From Pedobacter terrae (GTDB lineage: Bacteria > Bacteroidota > Bacteroidia > Sphingobacteriales > Sphingobacteriaceae), in the NCBI RefSeq assembly GCF_900100705.1, contig NZ_FNCH01000007.1:123464-147463 (forward strand): DNA of 24,000 nucleotides, given 5' to 3'. Position numbers and translations under genes: made by a program. The notes under the pieces were generated by a model. That model was not told where the DNA came from. It made no database searches and was given only the letters and a program-made list of their open reading frames with translations. Shown here piece after piece: positions 22,784 through 24,000 of this stretch; the first letter of the stretch is position 1, and every line of letters begins with the position of its first letter.

Positions 22784-23413
22784 TTATTCATAACTTTTAT
22801 CAATCAAAAACGAAATGGCATTTTCAATTTCCGTTCGTCCGGCTGCACTTTTAAGGTCTAATCCACAGAAAGTAGCGTCGTTTGTAGTGGCGTAAATGTC
22901 CAGGTAGTAAATTCCTGATATCAGCAACGCAATAATGGCCCTGTATCGTTTGGCATTTTCCTTAAAATATGGATCAGTCAAACCTTCAAATAAGCGTGCC
23001 CCATTTTCTTCACGGTCATTTGCGAGTTTTTTTAACGATTTACGGTTCTCTATCAATCCCCAGAGGAGAATTTTCTGGGTATTTTTATTCTTGAAAATAT
23101 AATCAAATTGGGAGAGAAGCATGGTTTTGCAAAATGTTTTTCCTCCATCGTTTACTAAAGTCTCTGCCGAATTATCTTTTATATTGCTCCAGAAATCCTG
23201 CGAGCGGATATATTCATCAATGAGACCGTCCTTCCCACCAAAATAATTATAGATTAATTTTTTGTCCAAACCTGCAGTATGTGCAATGTCGTTGACCTTT
23301 AGCCCTGAGAAACCTTTTGTATGAAGTATTTTTTCTACAGCATCTAAAAATTTCTGTTTGCTTTTTTCTTTGTTTCTTAACGATTTAACCCCTGTTTCCT
23401 GTTCCATATCCAT
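22784..23413 (-). CDS. TetR/AcrR family transcriptional regulator
   Basis: N-terminal HTH is FLDAVEKILHTKGFSGLKVNDIAHTAGLDKKLIYNYFGGKDGL. The track start at 23443 adds an unlikely MCNFPARLFF extension, so I prefer the ATG at 23413 (or 23407). Confidence 0.85.
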   Translation of the reverse strand: MDMEQETGVKSLRNKEKSKQKFLDAVEKILHTKGFSGLKVNDIAHTAGLDKKLIYNYFGGKDGLIDEYIRSQDFWSNIKDNSAETLVNDGGKTFCKTMLLSQFDYIFKNKNTQKILLWGLIENRKSLKKLANDREENGARLFEGLTDPYFKENAKRYRAIIALLISGIYYLDIYATTNDATFCGLDLKSAAGRTEIENAISFLIDKSYE

Positions 23414-23460
23414 AAAAAATAATCGTGCTGGAAAATTACACAATCGAATTTAAATATTTT

Positions 23461-23478
23461 TATCACCAATTGGTGATA
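23461..23478. promoter_or_regulatory. Perfect 18-bp palindrome, candidate TetR operator
   Basis: TATCACCAATTGGTGATA is perfectly self-complementary. It lies in the 153-bp divergent region between the TetR gene and the small membrane-protein gene, 5 bp upstream of the plus-strand -7 box TATATTTG (23484-23491). Confidence 0.55.
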
Positions 23479-23566
23479 TATTGTATATTTGTATAATCGG
23501 GGCATAAATATAAATGATGACGACGCCCTTCATAAGAGCAAAACTACATTAATCTAAGTAAACAAT

Positions 23567-23824
23567 ATGAGAAAGGAAGCTTCCGTTGCAGCAATATCCG
23601 TAGCAGAATTGCATAAAAAGAAAAAAATTTTACTAGGTTCACTAATCGGACTTGGAGTGGTTTTGCTCAGTGCGAGTGCAATCATAATCTATCTGGCTTT
23701 TACATCTAAAATGCCAAAAGTGCTTATTATGGTTCCGATTTGCAGTTCGCTAACACTTTTGCCAGCTTTCATCAGCTTATCTCAGATTAATGCTGAACTT
23801 AAAAACAGAAAACCCAAACCATAG
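23567..23824 (+). CDS. Small membrane protein (two predicted TM helices)
   Basis: 85 aa. Hydrophobic segments are ILLGSLIGLGVVLLSASAIIIYLAF and VLIMVPICSSLTLLPAFISL. It is divergent from the TetR gene. Confidence 0.5.
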   Translation: MRKEASVAAISVAELHKKKKILLGSLIGLGVVLLSASAIIIYLAFTSKMPKVLIMVPICSSLTLLPAFISLSQINAELKNRKPKP

Positions 23825-23830
23825 TTAACC

Positions 23831-24000
23831 ATGTCAACAGATTGTCTAAATTGTACAGCTCCCGTTACAAATAATTACTGCGCTAATTGCGGACAAAAAT
23901 CTTCTACACATCGTTATTCTGTCAAACATTTTATAGTCCATGATTTTGTTCATGGGGTATGGCATGTTGATAAAGGTATATTATTTACCCTAAAGGCGCT
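23831..24000 (+). CDS. DUF3667-like zinc-ribbon membrane protein, N-terminal part (runs off right edge)
   Basis: Not in the track because it is truncated. ATG at 23831 reads MSTDCLNCTAPVTNNYCANCGQKSSTHRYSVKHFIVHDFVHGVWHVDKGILFTLKA. The CxxC...CxxCGQ zinc ribbon followed by HR.S.KHF..H is as I remember for DUF3667. Confidence 0.55.
   Translation, partial: MSTDCLNCTAPVTNNYCANCGQKSSTHRYSVKHFIVHDFVHGVWHVDKGILFTLKA

Noticed and set aside
22741-22786. An A-tract / GAAGA...TCTTC / T-tract arrangement between the exported-protein gene and the TetR gene could be a bidirectional terminator.
   Set aside because: The core stem is only 5 bp, with a 14-nt loop and internal mismatches. It overlaps the TetR stop codon and is too weak to call.
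1-24000. A window-wide look for CRISPR repeats, transposase, integrase or recombinase genes, phage genes, toxin-antitoxin pairs, restriction-modification or other defence-type domains, and tRNA or rRNA genes.
   Set aside because: None were found. There is no regularly spaced repeat array and no ORF with DDE, tyrosine or serine recombinase, nuclease, helicase, methylase or ATPase defence signatures. No terminal inverted repeats flank any gene block. The window is therefore not presented as a defence or mobile island.

Overview
This window looks like a chromosomal, regulator-rich accessory-metabolism stretch of a soil Bacteroidota genome. It resembles Sphingobacteriaceae (Pedobacter or Mucilaginibacter type): roughly 40% G+C by eye, recurrent TAnnTTTG -7 promoter boxes, many lipoproteins, and Crp/HxlR/AraC/TetR/ECF regulators. 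I call 30 protein-coding genes. Two are cut by the window edges and one is a 30-codon ORF absent from the supplied track.

Gene content, left to right:
- A run of five exported proteins or lipoproteins of unknown function (1-3342).
- Four small regulator-plus-enzyme modules: HxlR with an SRPBCC protein; Crp-like with RidA; Crp-like with NmrA and an alpha/beta hydrolase; HxlR with an SDR and a SnoaL-like protein.
- An OmpR-type two-component system divergent from a secreted GH29 alpha-L-fucosidase.
- A stand-alone ECF sigma factor divergent from a cytoplasmic PAS-PAS-GAF histidine kinase.
- An AraC-controlled mutarotase, aldo-keto reductase and Zn-dehydrogenase operon (L-fucose/L-galactose oxidation type).
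- A membrane-spanning winged-helix regulator divergent from a secreted protein.
- A TetR regulator divergent from small membrane proteins.

I found no rRNA, tRNA, CRISPR array, transposase, integrase, phage gene or recognisable defence gene. I do not see a convincing new multi-gene system, and I say so plainly.

The observations most worth follow-up are:
1. A split or frameshifted TM-sensor-TM-wHTH one-component regulator, with a hidden 30-codon transmembrane ORF in an ATGA overlap (21857-21949).
2. Four 11-bp-phased pho-box-like direct repeats between the two-component system and the fucosidase gene (12776-12819).
3. A lactonase-less oxidative L-fucose/L-galactose module (18488-20869).
4. Well-placed operator-like palindromes for the Crp-like, HxlR and TetR regulators.
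5. A REP-like nested hairpin element (8621-8765).
6. An ORF-free 451-bp gap with a nested three-helix motif (3343-3793).

All family assignments come from motif recognition by eye. No searches were run.
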